From Amoebophrya sp. A120 (Eukaryota; Protista; Dinoflagellata), in the NCBI GenBank assembly GCA_905178155.1, contig CAJINV010000017.1:1686139-1750138 (forward strand): 64,000 nt of DNA, read 5' to 3'. Positions 38,701-53,700 of the stretch are shown here, piece after piece. The notes under the pieces were generated by a model. That model saw only the letters and a list, made by a program, of their open reading frames with translations, was not told where the DNA came from and made no database searches. The position numbers and the translations under genes were made by a program. How positions within the stretch are numbered: the first letter of the stretch is position 1; every line of letters begins with the position of its first letter.

Positions 38701-41700
38701 TTACTCAGGATAGAGGAAAACAAATCCTCATCGTAGAAATCGTAGAGCGATTTCCTCGTCCCTTGATTCGCCGCAATTGTCAGCGTGTTGTTCTCGTCTG
38801 TGTTCAATACCGCCCCTATCAAGTGCAAAAATGTCTGGGTCTGGAAGAATGCAACGAACTTGTGATGCTGCGTTTGGGTGTCTAAAAATATAGTAAAAAA
38901 ATTGTGTTGCATGAGCAGGAAAAGGATTCTAATTTTTGCTACGCAGAGCGGCACTTGTCATGGGGAATAGGCATCAAGAATCCTTCAAAAAACCTGTAAT
39001 GCTAGGGCATGCATCACAGACATCATGGCTCATGCAAACCGTGCATGACAAGTCTCAGAATCTTCCAGACCCAGACACTTTCGCATTTGATAGCCCCGGC
39101 TCGCCAACAAATCTCGTACTCCCCGACAATCGCCGACATGTTGGTTGTGAACGGCGACTCGTAGAAGAAGTGCACCCCGGAGCAGTCGCACCGCTCAAAC
39201 TCGCAAGACCTTCGCGGTAGGCAGACCTCGCAGTCGCAGGGGTTGAGCCAGCCGGTGAAGGGGAGATCCGGTGGAGGGATTGTGGAGGTCGTGGTAGGGG
39301 CGTCATCTTCGAAGTCATCAGTCGCGTTGGTCGCGTTCGTTTCGTTCACTTCTGTAAATTCTTCTTCTTCGTCGGTGATGTTTGTGCCATTTGTCGTATT
39401 CAGATCATCCTCCTCCACTCCTGTTTCATTCGACTGGTTGCTCGTGGAAGTGGCTGCGAGATACCGGACAAACGCTTCAAAATCGTCGTCCGTTTCTTTT
39501 GGTGGAATGATTTCCACGTTCTCTGGGTGTGGTAGTTCGAAAATCCGGTCCGGGCCGGTGTATACAGATGACGCGGAGTTGTCAGATGTAAAATCAAGTT
39601 CTTCGTCAAAAAACAACCGTCTGCTCGTGCCGTTTTGCACCTGTACCAGGTGAATTCCAGCGCCGCTGAAATTGGTTGCGAAAGTACTGCTTCCGTTGGA
39701 ACTCGTAGTTGTCGTGTTTTCCCCTAGGGAAGAAGATGTTGGCCCAGAGTCGTCGTCATCAAACAGGGAAGATAAACGGCTTCCAGCGCTGGCGTTTGTG
39801 GTATTACCGGAAGATGATGTGTTGAAAGCGCTGAAGTCTTCGTCTTCATCCAACACCGAGGTTCGGGAAGTAAACGTACTTGTTTCATTAGTAACATTGG
39901 TCGCATTCACATCAATCGTGCTATCGACCACAGCCGCCTCCTCCTCCGGCGCGGAAACCACCGTCGTCGTCTCCCCGTCCACACTGACCGCCAGCACCGA
40001 CAGTTTCGCTGGCGTGACCGCAGAAACGGTGAAGTCGCTGGCCAGCGTCGTGTCGTTCGCCACCAGTTCCACGATTTTTGCCTGGAGGACTGTCGCAAAA
40101 TTCCCCAAATTCGTGTTCAAATTCGTCGACAAAGCGTTCGCCTCGGCCTGCGAATCCATTTTTACACGGTAATTCACGTCGAGTTTCACACTCGACGCCG
40201 CCAGTCTCCGCTTCGCCGCCTGCTCCAATCGGACAGCGTTGGACGCCTGCTCGGAAAGACCGGTCAGGGAGTGGAGAATCTGGTCCAGAATACTGGAGGC
40301 GGTGGAAGACGAAGCTGAAGCTTCCTGTTCCGTGGAGTCTACAACTTCGTCGTAGCTATCCGCCGTCCCAGCTACTAACTGCCGCCGCGTCGTTGCGTTC
40401 TGCACATTCACCGACGTCAAGTTCACAGTATTACAGTCCAAAGTCGGCTGCCCGGATTCCTGCAACGTCGTGCACAACCCCGTCGACAACGCGTTCTTGA
40501 AAGCTACACAAGTAACCGAATCAGAATTCATCTCTTCCGTCGTGTCGCACGCTGAGGAAACCGCCGCGGCCATCGCGAAACTGGATTCCAAGAACGTCAA
40601 GGTCGTGTACCCCACACAGACCGCCTGGGCGTGGAAAACGGGTGCGCCGTGTTTTGAATTGCACTTGCCAAAAATCGGCTCGTACTGCTGTAAAATCGGT
40701 TGGTAGAGGGTTGTCATGAGGATAGACTGCTCAGAAACATCAATATCACAAGTAATCTTCCCGCCACACAGAGCATTCAAGTAGTCCACCATCGGCGCGA
40801 CTTGCGACGTGCACGCAGCGTCATTCAAGGCGCACGAAGATTTGTCTGCTTGTCTGCACTGACCGTAGAGGGTGCTCGTCGTATCCTCGTTGCAAACGCC
40901 GTTCACTACCCCAACGGCACCGAACGTAAAATTTCCGATCACGCCTGTGAAAGTCTGCCCAGGGACTGGATTTTCGCAGGAAAATTTTATCGTGTCATTG
41001 ATTGCCTGCGCCGGTTGCGCAGACACACACGCGTAGCCGGCAACCGGCGCGGACGAGGTGGACCCAGAAGTCGTACTACCCGAGGACAGGAGTTGCACCG
41101 TCACCTGTTCTTTCACCCCCCGGAAATTTGCCACTGCCGGCTGCTTCCAGGAATCTGTCATCGAACAGCACGGCCGGAGCTGCTCCGCGTCGGACCTCTG
41201 CAAAATGCCGCCAGCGTTGTCGTAGTGCGCGACTCGGTTCTGCTCGTCCTTGTAGAAATTCTGCAGCTTTCGCATCACGTCGCCCTTGTAGCACGTTTTC
41301 GGCGCCCAGAAAAAACTGTAGTATTGGTCCCCGTCTAACTCAGGTGGAAGTTGACAGGTACTCGACCCAGACCGGGAATTTTTTTTCCTCTTCACCACTT
41401 CGGCGTGGTAGTGGTAAGCGACTTCGGCCGTCGTGCCGGCGCTTGAAGATGTTGTTGAAGATGCGCCAGGATGAACATCAAGCACGTGCGCGTGGCCGCC
41501 GCAGCTGTCTAACGGCAAATCATAGCCGATCACACCGTCGTCCACGTATCGGCCAAACACCGGGAACCCATCTAGCGCCCAACCGAGCTGAAAGGTGTGC
41601 GGATCGATCTTGTCGATGTAATTGTGCCTCGTGTACAGACAGCCGTACGGATCGCCCTGGTACCGGTACTGCCCATTGCTGTTGTCCACGTTCCCACCAC

Positions 41701-44700
41701 ACCCGCCGACCGAGCACTGCTCGACCGCATAGCAACCGGAATCCGCGTCGAGTGCTGGGTAAATCAAGACGCCCTTTGTCGTCACCCCGACCGGGCCCTT
41801 GTCGACGGTTTTGGAAGCGGTTGACGCGTCGACATTTGTGCCCGTCGTCGCAATCTGGTAATCACTGGCGTTGGTTAGGTGGGACAAGGGGATCTTGATC
41901 GTGTAGGACTGGGGTAAGGAAAATCGGGAAACGCAAGAACTACTAGCAACACTGCTAGCCGAGCTCGTTCCCGACGGCACCGCCGCCAAGCCCGCACTGT
42001 GAAGCGGCTGCCCCTTGCTGAAGAGGACCAAGTGGTTGTCGGTGCAGTAAGCCGCAACCATGTTCGACTCCGTCTCGTTTCCCAGCAGTTTGCTCAGTTC
42101 GAGTTCTGTGCACAGCGGCTCGGACAATCTTTGTTCGCAGGCTTTGCAGGGGAGTGTCGTTTCGATTGTCTGCTTGATCTCGCTCATCTTCTCCTCTTCT
42201 GTCGGACACGTGGAAAAATCAGTGCCGCAACTGCAGTCTCGGCTCGTCGTGGGGGAGAAGCTGCACTGGGGCGGGGAGCAGGAGAACGAAACGTCTTTCA
42301 CGAGAGTGGATGAGTGCAGCGTTGTTGTTGAAAGAGATCTTCTATACCCGTAGGAGCTACTGCTCCCGTAAGAGCTGTAGCTCGGAGATGGTGTAGGACT
42401 TGTGTACATTGGCGTGGGAGCTGGGGTGGGCGTCGGGGACGAATAAGCTGGCGTCGGAGCGGGCGTTGGTGCGATGTAGAGAGGTGTCGGCGCAGGCGCG
42501 GGACTGGGCGCTGGAGTTGGACTCTGCGCCGGTGCCTGTGTCGCTACGGGCATCGGCATTGGCGGCATCGGGGTTGGAGTGGGTTGCGATTGCGCTGCGG
42601 ATTGCGGTAAGAGGGAAGGCGAGGCGCCAGCCGGTAGTTGCGGCGGCGGACGGAGTGTCGTGGATTCAGTGCCTTGTCCTGCTGTGCCTCCCGTCCCGCC
42701 CAACATCCCCGCAACTTCATTCGCACTGAATCTCTCCACAACTACCCCATCACCACCGCCCGCCGAGCTTCCGTCGTACCTCGGTGGCGGCATTGTGCTG
42801 GTTGTAGTTGTCGTCGTGGTTGGCATCATCATCATGGAATCATCGAAAACTAGAGGCGGATGGACGTTGCCTAGATCCATGCAACTCACTGCACCGTGCT
42901 GCCCCAAATGGGTTCGTTCCTGCAACCCGATATTTCCTAAATACCGCCCCTTGTACGCACAGACCCCCTGGTCCGCGTGTGCCGCGGAGCTGTAGAGCGC
43001 TAGCGGTAACTGAGGCGACCCGCTGTGCTGCAAGTCAAAGGAAGAAACTTTGGTCTTTTTCAGCAGTTTAATCGCGCCCCCAATTTTTTGATCCCTCACC
43101 AGCATGCACTTCTCACTCAGCGTGCAGTTGTGATGCTCGTCGTACAAAGCGCCCGTCACTTGAACTCTGCCTACGAAAACGTCGTTCCAGCACAGTTGGT
43201 AGTTCCCAACCGGTACCTGCTCCGGCTGGAGCAAAACGGAAAACTCAAACTCCGCGGTGGTCCAGGATTTGTAAACTTTTGGCGAGCTGCTTGACTGCCC
43301 CTCTTTCAGCACCGCGTGGTCGATTTCCGTGGATTTCCCGGCGATAAACCGCGACTCCGCTAAATCCGCGCGGAAGAGAGAGGTTTTCCCGGTATTCAAC
43401 GGGATCATCGCACACAAACTCTCCCGCGCGACCTGCCGATACGCCAAGGATTTGGTGTCACTGGTCGCGTTCACGTTGGTAGGGTCCGAAATCAGGGAAA
43501 AGGTGGAAAACAGTTTGTTCTTGAAAAAGTCCAAGCTTTCGCCGCGGATCTTCATCGGACACAGCCCGTGGTGGCAGGAAAACAGGTGGTTGTTGAAGGG
43601 GCCTCGGACGGTCAGAATCCCGAAGTCCTGAAACCCCTTGTCGTAGCAAATCCGGTACTTTCCTGCGGACCCGGAGTCTAGTGTGCCAAAGCTGAAGTTC
43701 CGGTAGTACGCGAACACAGTCGCGTCCGCGACGGAGCAGCAGGCGGAGTAGGTGACTTTGGCCTCGTCGGGGAGGTTTTGCCACGGGATGTCGATGTTCG
43801 CGAGACTGGAAGTGGGAATGCTGTTGAAGCCCTGCATGCGGTACACTTGGCCGGTGGAGGTCGTGGTGAGTTGGCGAAGTTTCCGTAGGTAGTAGCCGCC
43901 GTACGAACTAGAACTACCTCCTCCGTACGAGCTTGCTGGCATGGGCGCGGGAGTTGGAGACGCATACGTCGGCGCGGGCATGGGCGCTGGGGCGGGGGCG
44001 GGGGGTTGGGGTGCCGGCGTCGGTGCTGTGTAGGCCGGTTGCGGTGCTGGGGCGGGTGTCGGCTGGGGGGTTGGCATCGCAGCGGGCATCGGCGTGGGCT
44101 GGGGTCTGGGTGAGGACGAACTCGTCCCAGCTGCAGGCGCCGGACCCCCGGCCGAGGACCCCAGGTAGCCAATGCTCGCTCCGGGCGTAGGGGCCGGCAT
44201 GGAAATGGTACTGGAAGATGCTGAACCACTTGCAGAACTGGAACTGCCGCTGGGAGGTGCTTGCGTCATCGAAGCCATGGTCGACGCAGCTCCACCTCCG
44301 CTTCCCGGCGCGCCTGTCGTTGCAGCTCCGGCACTTGTCCCTCCCGCGAGCAAAATTGCAGATGGTAAAGCCCCGGTCCCGACCTGGTAGTGGTCCTGGC
44401 CCCGCAACGCCTGGTCCGGTTGCGAAAAGCCCCGACTCTGCACGTTCAAGAAGGCCGGGTCAACGATAAACTGACTAGAATCCACACCCGCAGACAAAGC
44501 TGGATCCATTTGCTCGGCTATCGCGATTTGGTTCGGCTCTTTCCGCGCCAACTCGGCCTCAAAATTCGTGTCCAAGTCCGAACAAAACCGTGTGGGCTCG
44601 ATCAAGCTGATGTAGCTCCCCACCGGGAAAATCGGGTATCCGTCGCCGTTCAAATTCGCCACACACTCCTCCCCCAACTGACACTCGTTCTCGTCCGACC

Positions 44701-47700
44701 TGATTGGCCCTTCCAGCAGAACTCGGGAAATTTGCAGCTCCCCCCAACAAAGGACGTACTGCGGGCCGGGAAAGAGATGCTCGATCCTTGGCAGCGCGAA
44801 GACCCCCGTGCCGTTGACGACCGTTTTACTGGTGACGATCGCTGGTGGGAGCTGGATAACCGTTTGTTCTATTTGAACAACTTGCCCAAACTGATTTGTG
44901 CTGTTCACCTTGACCTGCATGGGAATCGCGCGACAGGATTTTTCCCGCAAAAACAAGAACTGCTGGAATTCCGGCTTCTGCGGCTTCAGCTCGATCGGCA
45001 GCGCCGCTTCAAACGGGGTCTCGTACTTGAGGAAATCAATGGACACCTGGCACTCCTGCCCGATCCGGCAGACGATCATCTGCTTCCGTTCGATCGCCAA
45101 ATTGGACGCGCGCGGAGCGGTTTGTCCGTAACCAAGATCCTCCGGGTGGACCACCCTCGGACCCTGGATGTACAGCTCCCCTGCGAGCACCACTTCCGGC
45201 TTCGACAACCGCGCGGCGTAGACCAACGATTGCTGCTCGTGGTTGTGCGTGGCGTGAGACAGTTGGTGCGCACCGGTCGTGTCCGCGCCCTCCCAGCAGA
45301 GGCGGTAGACTCCGATTCCGTAGGCGGAACTCAATCCGAACTCGTACTTCCCGGTCCTATCCACAGAAAAAAAAACATTACTCCCCTCAAGTTTTGCATG
45401 ACTGAGACAACCTATGCATCATGTTTTGCATGTCAGATTTTTGGGTGTAGTTTTTTTCTCTGGGTACATCCCCTGTTCCGCGTACGCGTCGTGCCACTCG
45501 TCGCCCACCGTCGCATTGCGGTTGCAGATGTAAAGGAGATTCTTCATTTTCAAACTCTGGACAGACACCTGCTCCGGCGGGGGGAAGAACATGGAGGGAG
45601 CAGAAGTTGAATTCATCACGTCGCTGTCGTTCGTGGCGTTGAGATCGTCGTTTCCCGCCGTACCAGCTTGGGTAGAACTTCCCGTCGCACCAGCACCATC
45701 GTCTGTTGTGCCAGTGACTGCTGCACCGTCCACCGTCATCGTGAAGTTTTCCGTGTAGTTCGCCAGCCAATTACCAGTCAAATCCTCGATGACACACTTG
45801 TACCCGGCGATACAGGTGTGGATGGCGGACAAGTGCGGACCAACGAACTCCAAAGTGCCCGCGTAAAACCCGTACTCCTCCGGGTCAATCGCTGTCGGCG
45901 CCCAGCAGATGTCCACTTTAAACGTCAACGCGTCCGCCCTCGCCAGAGCGATCGCCAACGTCGTCTGCGGATCGTACGGCCAGGAGCGGTCCGTTAAGTA
46001 ATTCCCGATAAACTCCTGCAGCAACCTGTGCCGCGCTTCGTCGACGAGGGCTTGCGGTAACGTTAAAACTGCTCCACCGTCGGAGGTAGGCTGAGAAGAT
46101 GATGAAGTGGTTGCACCTACTCCTCCTGCACCGGCACCGGCCATCATCAACCGTCTGGGATGCGGCCCGGTGACCGACTGCCAGCTGGAGGTCGTCAGAG
46201 GTGCGGCTGGCGCGGGTTCGCCGGCACCAGGGGAGCCCACGGAGCCCACGCCGCCGCGGTTGCCCGCCAGATAGCCACTGTACCGCTGGGTTGGCGGGGA
46301 GGGTTGCCGTCTGTCCGGAATTAATTTGGGGATTTGCCGCGCGCCGAGCTGTGGCGGCCGGGGGGGTAAGAGCGCGGATTGCGCCAGTCTTTCCGCGTCG
46401 GAGAACGGTGGGGGGATGTTCAAGGATGAATAAGTGACCCCGTGGTTGGGCACGCCTAAGTCAAAAAACGTGAACAAGTCGTCCGTCTTGGCAGTGTCGA
46501 AGAGATTTTTATGCGACTCCACGAACTCGGACTTCAGCCCGACCGTCGCGAACTCCCGTTCCCTGGCCCGCGCCCGCGCCTCCAGCCCGAAAGACTTTAT
46601 CGTGTCGAAAATGCTGTAGTCGTGCTGTAAACTGTTGCACGGCGCGCCAGGCTTCCTCAGCAGAATACTTTGCACCGACTCGTCCATCCCCGTCCCCGGC
46701 CCGAGGTCCAGCGCGCACTGCTCCCCGAGAACGCACTTTGCGTGCGTGATTTGGTTCGGGCCTGACATGCGCAAAATCCCGACGTACGCGGTGAACTGCG
46801 TCGGGTCCGTGCAGTCGAACTCCTTGCTGATGCAGTAGCAGATCGAGTAATACCCCCCGTACCCCATCGCCGGCGGGTCCTTGAACAGTTCCCCAAAATT
46901 CACGATAAACGTCGGCGCGATCCCGTCCCCACACTGCCCCCAGTCGGTCCCGGGAATCAGCCCGATGCGGTCCTTCTCGATGTCCATCCCCTTTCCGACA
47001 ATCTTCTGCTGTGCGGCCGCGTCCAAGGCGTAGCACGGCCGCCCCAAAACGCATTCCACCCGCAGGAACCCGGTCGGCCCCGTGGTCTCCAAAATGATCC
47101 CGATCTCGTAGCAGTAGACCGACCCGCAGGCTTTGACGTAGAAGAGGTTCCCTTTCCGGATGTTCTCGATCTTCACGGTTCTATTCACGATCGGGTAAAC
47201 GTACTTCTCCACCAGCGTCACCGTGCCGTTCTCGTCCGTGTGCTGCTCGGATAAGGTTAAGTTCAAGATCGTGCTCGGGTCCTGCGTGCCCATGTGGGTC
47301 ATGTCGAAGGGGCAGATTTCCCCGGCGGAGCACTCCCACTTCTCGCGAAAGTCCTGGTACGCGAAGCCGTACAGGGTTAGGGTCCCGGCAGCCACCCAGA
47401 CGGACAGCGCGTCGAGGCAGACAAAGAATTTCCCGTGGATCTTGTGTCCGTACGGCGGGTTCAACACATCGAAGGCGAAGGGGAGATCCCCTCGCGTCGT
47501 CGTGGAGTACGCAAAGGGCCCGCTGTGCGACGCCAGATCCGCAGTTTGTTGATTGCTGTTCTTGCGCCAAACCGCGAGGTTTTTCCAGTCGTCGAGTGTC
47601 GCGGTCGTGGACACGTTGGAGCAAGATTCGTCTTGGAACAGCCCGAGCCTACTCGTGAACATCTCGAGATAGGTTCCGACCAAATTGAAGGTACAGGGTT

Positions 47701-50700
47701 CGGACCCCTTCGTGCAAAAGTACTCGCCGGATGGCTCGGGCCCGACGATGATCACGTAGGTGTAGGTCCAGCCGTTCCAACAAACCCTCTGCAACCCGGA
47801 ATCGGTCGCGGTTACCTGGTACAGCCAACGAGTTTGGTCCGTGTTGGTCATCCGCAACCCATAGGGTTCCACCGCGGTGACGTCCATGTCGCAGAGGGAA
47901 ACATTCACGTTCTGCGGGTGCAGAACCGCACCAACGTTGGCCGGATCCGGGTAACTGTTGGATTGCACGTACAGCACTCCGAAGTCTAACTTCATCGGGT
48001 GGCCCATGAGAACCCCGGTGAGCGTGTAGTTGTAGGGCCCTTGGACGGGGAGATTATCCCAGAAGCTCCACCAGTTCCCGTCGGTGAGTTGCCAGCACAC
48101 CTGGTAGTAAGACCCGATCTCGAGAATTTGGTTTTCGAAAATGTAGTCCGTCACGTTGATTGATTTCGCGTCTTCCAAAGAGGAAAAGAACAACCGTAGC
48201 GGCCCGCGCTCCGGATCCTCGGTCTTGTACAGGAAAAAATCATATACGTCCACGTAGGGGAGGGAGGTGTTTTGGGTCATGTTGGTTCCGTTGGACGAAC
48301 TTGTGGTAGTCGCGGTTGCGGTGCTCGAGCTGGAAGAGGATGACGAGCCTGCTGCTCCAGAGCCTCCTGCTGATGTTCCGTTCGTGCCGTTCGGGTCAAA
48401 AACCTGATCCTCCTCCTCTATCCGGTAGTAAAACATCCTTTTCACCGCCGTGTTGCAATCGAGTTTTTGGTAGTCCGCGTGTAGACCCAGGTAGTCGTAC
48501 AGGATGAACATCAATTTTGGATTGGCTCCCACCGCGTAGGACCCGGTCAATGGTTGCGATAGTGCATCGCTGTCCGTCGGGCCGACCATGCCGCCACCCG
48601 TGGTCACGGACACAGAATTTCCGCTCGTCAAGGCCTTGCTCGGCACAACAACCGGCGCTGACAAGTCCGAAATGTCCAGACTCTTCGTCATGTTTGACAA
48701 CGAATACCGGCCGTCCATCCTATGGCCCTTGACGTTCAAAAACACCCCCGGCGGGCCGACGTAGGCATCCGGGACCTGCCCAATCTGTAAATCCGCAGCG
48801 GCGATTGCGTTGCTGTCCGCGTAGGTTCCGCCACCTAACGACAAGTACTTCGTCATGCCCTCGAAGTACACCAAATTCGGCCCTGTGACGTGCAAGGAAT
48901 CAAAAACCGTCCACCCGATGTCGTTGTTCGGAATCCGGTTGTAGGGCCCTTCCAGAGTGAAGTAGCAAAACTCAAACGGCCTTCCGCGGTCTAAATACAC
49001 CCCCTCCCAGGTCAGCATCGAGCTGGAAGTCGTCGCCGCGTCGGACTGCCGGTAAAAAAGCTTCAAGTCCGGGTATCGGGTCAAAACTGGGTCGTTCGTG
49101 AAGGTATTCGTGTCGTGGCAGTCGTTCGCTAAGAGTAAGGTATCCGAATAGCTGGTCGGCGTGAAGATGTTGCTGCCGCAGCAGAAGTAGTCCCAAAGGT
49201 GGAAGGTAACGACGATGTCGAACTTCTCGTGTGCGAAGAGCGTCACGGCTTCGTCCGCTATTGTCGCGTTGCTCGGGTTGGACATGACAAACGGGAAATT
49301 CCCGCTTTGCACCGTCAAATCGTCCATCAGCAACTTCTTCTGTTCCTCCAGACTCAAACTCGCGGTGTCCAGAAACCCCTCCGGGTCTGCCGTGGCAACG
49401 ACGGTAGTACTCCCGTTGGACGCAGCCGCTGCGCTTGCTGCGGAAGAGTACCGAGAGGGGAAGATGTAGTAAACCTTCTTCGGCCCGCGGATGTCGATTT
49501 TGAACAGCGGCCAGGAGCTCGGGTAGTAGATGCCGGGACCTTCTGCAACAACTGTTGCGTTCCCTCCTGTACTGTTTGCTGTCCCATTGCCGTCCGCATC
49601 CTCGGTCGCCGGGCTGCTCGCCGATGATGTTGAGGAGTTTGTTCCACCTCCTGCAGCTCCGCTGCTCACCGCAGTCTCCTCCCCCCCAGAGTAGTACGGG
49701 TCCCGCTGGAGCCCGAGCCCTGTGCTCCTAGTTTTCTCAAAGGGGTTTTCCCAGCAAATATGGTACTCCCCCGCTAGGTGGATGTCCACGTTTTTGAACT
49801 TCAGCGTCTTGTGATCTGAGGTACTGGCGTCGTAGTACTTGGAAATGAACAACCGTCCGAGTATCCGTGTGTTGGTATCGTCTAGTGGGTCCCGGGTGAA
49901 CGCCTCCTCCGATTCTTCGAACCTCGTTGCCTGCACCGGCTGGTCATCGTCCGTGGCGTTGGCGATGCGGCAACTGAAAGAACTGTGCTCGATCCAGACA
50001 TTTTTCACCACGTGGCTCTCGTTCAGACCGTATCCGTAGACTTCTAAATGGAAGTCCTCCGTAATGCGCGGCTTCTCCGTGCCGTAGTTCCCGAAGGGTT
50101 TGATCGCCCCCCCGTTCACCCCGTTCAACGTGACATACCGGGCGACGTAGTTCTCGCCGGACCAACCCTCGACGCAGAGCGCATATTCCCCCGCGGAGGT
50201 CGAGGAATTCAGTCGGTAGTTGATCTGTGCCTTGCAAAAGTATCGCACTCCTATCAATTGCCTTTACGCGTGACAAATCTCTTTCTAAACCTGAAACAGC
50301 AATACAAAGTCCACTTCTCTTCTACTTGCCGAAATTTGTGATGCTATTTGTACTAGTACGTTACTTTTGCCATGAATATGATCAGAGAGTGAACCAAAGT
50401 GTAGTTCTGGTTTTCCAAGTAAGTCCTTCCCAGGTTCGCGGTTTGAAACCGCGCGTCCCCGAAAATTGTGTCGTTCAAAACGCTGTCAATAGCGGCGCTC
50501 CCAAACGCGTTTGCGACGTCCTCAGGAGAAGATAAACTCCCATTATATCCATGCGCTCCGTCTTGGTTCGTGGGGTCGCAAAATCCAAACACGCCGCTTG
50601 TGTACCAGTTCGACGCCGCAGCGGAGTTCACGGACGGACACCGGGTTTCGGATTCCGTCAGTAAACTCCGCGGGACTAGTATCAAGAAGAAAGAAGGCCC

Positions 50701-53700
50701 CCCCTCGACGCCATAATGTTGAAATCGAAACACGGACAACTTCCTGGATGATTTGCCCTCTTGCAAGAGAGGCACGACTTGTGACGACCACACTTCACCA
50801 GCATCACAAATTTTCGGCAGCTGCATCCCGCTTCATCAATATGGGCGGGAGGGGGGCGAACAACTTTTTCCTTGCGATAACCAGGGTGACCCGATCCTCG
50901 TAAATGTTCGTTCCCTGCAGCAGCAGGTCGTCGACAATGCACTGGTTGATCAAGGAATCTCCCGTCTTCAAATTCCCAAAAGTCACGTTCGAAGCGTCTG
51001 CCCCGCCGTAAATGATCTGGGTTGGGAACAAAGCTTCCGTATTGTTGCAGGTGGAGGAGCCGGCAGACCCGATATTTGTTCCATCGTAGTACAAGTGCAT
51101 CCCCGCATCCTCGGAGAGCGCGTAGTTCTTCCTCTGCAGCTCGTACGTGTGGTCTGCGTCACCTAGAAAGTCGTCGCTGATCAAGACGTGCTGCGTGTAG
51201 GTGCCGTTCTCGTTGAAGGTAGATTTGAATTGGTCGTCGAGGAATCGTAACCCCTCAAAGTGTAAATACCCCCGCTCCTTTTTGAAATCGGTCACCTCGC
51301 TGCAGTCGTTTGTGGCGTCAGGTACACAGTTACAAATCGTGTAGATCCCCCCGGCAACAAGTTGCTGCTTGTCGTCCACTGTATCGTACCCCAAGCCCTG
51401 GTAGTCCCACTGCGCACACTTCGACGGGCCGACAAGCAAAGGGGACTGTCCGAACATCTATCCCCGTCTCAACTGTTGCATTCTCAACTGTCAAACGAAT
51501 TTCAATTTGTGATGCTAAACCCACCAGAGCCACAAACTATTAAATGGCTTTGCGATGCAACAATGGCAAAAGGAAAAGTGAAAGACCTTGTGCGTCTTGC
51601 ATCACAGATTTGGCACAGATCAGCAGCCTGTATGGCTCTTCGAGAATTTCGATGTGTCATGCAAAGCAGCTTGATCGTATCGATTCTGATTGTAATTTTG
51701 CATGAGAAATGATTTTGTAACAGTTGAGAATGTAACATTTGAGAATCCCATAACGTCATCTGCTCGGTCGTGTTCAGATACGCACCGGATTTTTGCTTCG
51801 GAAACATCCCGCAGGTCTGCTTCCCGTCTAGCAGCAGCACCAACCCCTGGTCGGGCTGCGTCCGGTTTTGGAATTCCTTCAGATCGTACTCCCCGCCCAG
51901 TTCCTTGCCGAAAGTCCACGACCGAAGTAGGCAGTAAGGCGCGGTGGCGAGACAGGTTTGCACTTCGATGCTAGGCCCGGTGGTGTTGAACCGAAGAACC
52001 ACTTCGTACTCCCGCCTAGTGCTGCTTGCCAGGTGCGTGTTCAGCTTGTAGCAGACCTCGTAGTAGTTTTGTCTTTCCCGGGTGGTCGACCTGGGGAGCG
52101 CCACGTTCTTCCACAAAACGTGCGAGCTGTTGGATGCGGAAATTTGCGCGTGGGTCAAGAGACTTGTCAGGTAGCTGTCGATGTCGTGACAGTCCTGCGT
52201 AATCAGAAATTCGTCGTCCTTCGTTGCCGTGTGTGCGTAATCCCAGTAGTGCATCGTGATTTCAATGTCGATTTTGGTGTCTAGACCCGCGTTGATGGAT
52301 TGCACAGAATTCACGTTCGGGTAATTGCTCGCCGCAGGGACGACACTTCCTGTCGGCGCAAACACATCCACCCGCATCGGGCCCCGGATGTCGATTTTCG
52401 TCAGCTCCCAGGCATCGTAGCCCGTTCTGTCCTTCGTGCTGTTGAAGTAGTTGTACGGGTTTTCCCAGCAGATTCTGTACTCCCCAGCAAAGTTCGCCGT
52501 GATGTATGCAATAGAAATTTCATGCAGGAGCTGCACACGTATTTACAAAATGCGTCACGCATAAGGTCACCGACTTCTTCTAGCACGCCACTTCTTGTCA
52601 TACTGAATAGGATTTTTGAAGGAAAGTCAAAGTGTTACCGTGCACAAAAAGCTGCATTTGTTTTTGTACGTACGTGTACGGCATCAATAAAATCAATCTA
52701 CTGTTGATAGGATGTCTGTAAAGACCAGAAGTGTCCCAGAACTGCTTTCCGCTTGGTAGTAGTCCGTCAAGTACTTCCTGCCGAGAATTTTTTCCCTCGC
52801 CGGGTCTGTACCGTCTATCGCCAATTCGTCCGTCGCGGTGTTAAATTTTCCACCTGCCGTCGCATTCGACTCGCAAGTGACCGGCAACGTCACTGACTCC
52901 AGCCACAAATTGTTGGTAGCAAACGCGTCCGTCAATCCGTAGCCGGTCACCTCCACCCGAAACGTTTCCCGCATCCTCGGCTTGTGCTCCGCCGGGATTA
53001 TTGAAGCGTTGTTCACACCGTGAATGTCCAAATGCCGCACCGCAAAATCCACCCCGGTCTGCAGTCCGGCGACGCACAAACTGTACTCCCCCGCCTCTGT
53101 GTCCGCCGGAATGTTGACGGGCAACAGTTGGTGGACGACCGTGAAATTTTGGTTCAGCATCCACGCGCCCCCGTAGACCGAGTCGTCCCAATCGGACGTG
53201 TTGAACGACCACGGGGTGGCAAGTTGCGTCCCGTTGGCGGCAAGGGAAAGCGCTAGGGAATTCACCGTTGAATCAAACGCGGCGCCGACACCGGTTTCGG
53301 CTGCGCAGTACCCGTACGTGTCAGCGGAATAGTACGTCGCTGGTGTTGTGCTTACTGCTGGGTACGCGCCACTACTACACCTGGAATTGTTGTGTGTCGT
53401 GCTGTTCCGCAAGACCAAGCGGAGCGAATTCACGTCGAGATTGGTCCCCTGCAAGATCAGATCGTCCACCCGGCAGTCGTTGACAAACTCAGTGTTGTCC
53501 TCTACTAGCGACGCGGTGTTTTCGCAATGCGTCTTCGACGCGGATCCGACCTCGTTATTGGTGTACACGCCGGTGAACGCGTAGTTGTTGCTGTTGATGT
53601 CTGTGGTTAACAGACCACCGCCGGTCAACGTATAGGAGGTACTGTCGACAGCTGTTGTAGTTCCTGTAGTTGTGTCGTTTGCAGAAGAAGAACTTGAGTC

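Noticed and set aside
44390-45610. Long plus-strand ORFs (also 14486..15313, 5138..5956, 41002..41898)
   Set aside because: Antisense shadows of GC-rich minus-strand coding sequence.
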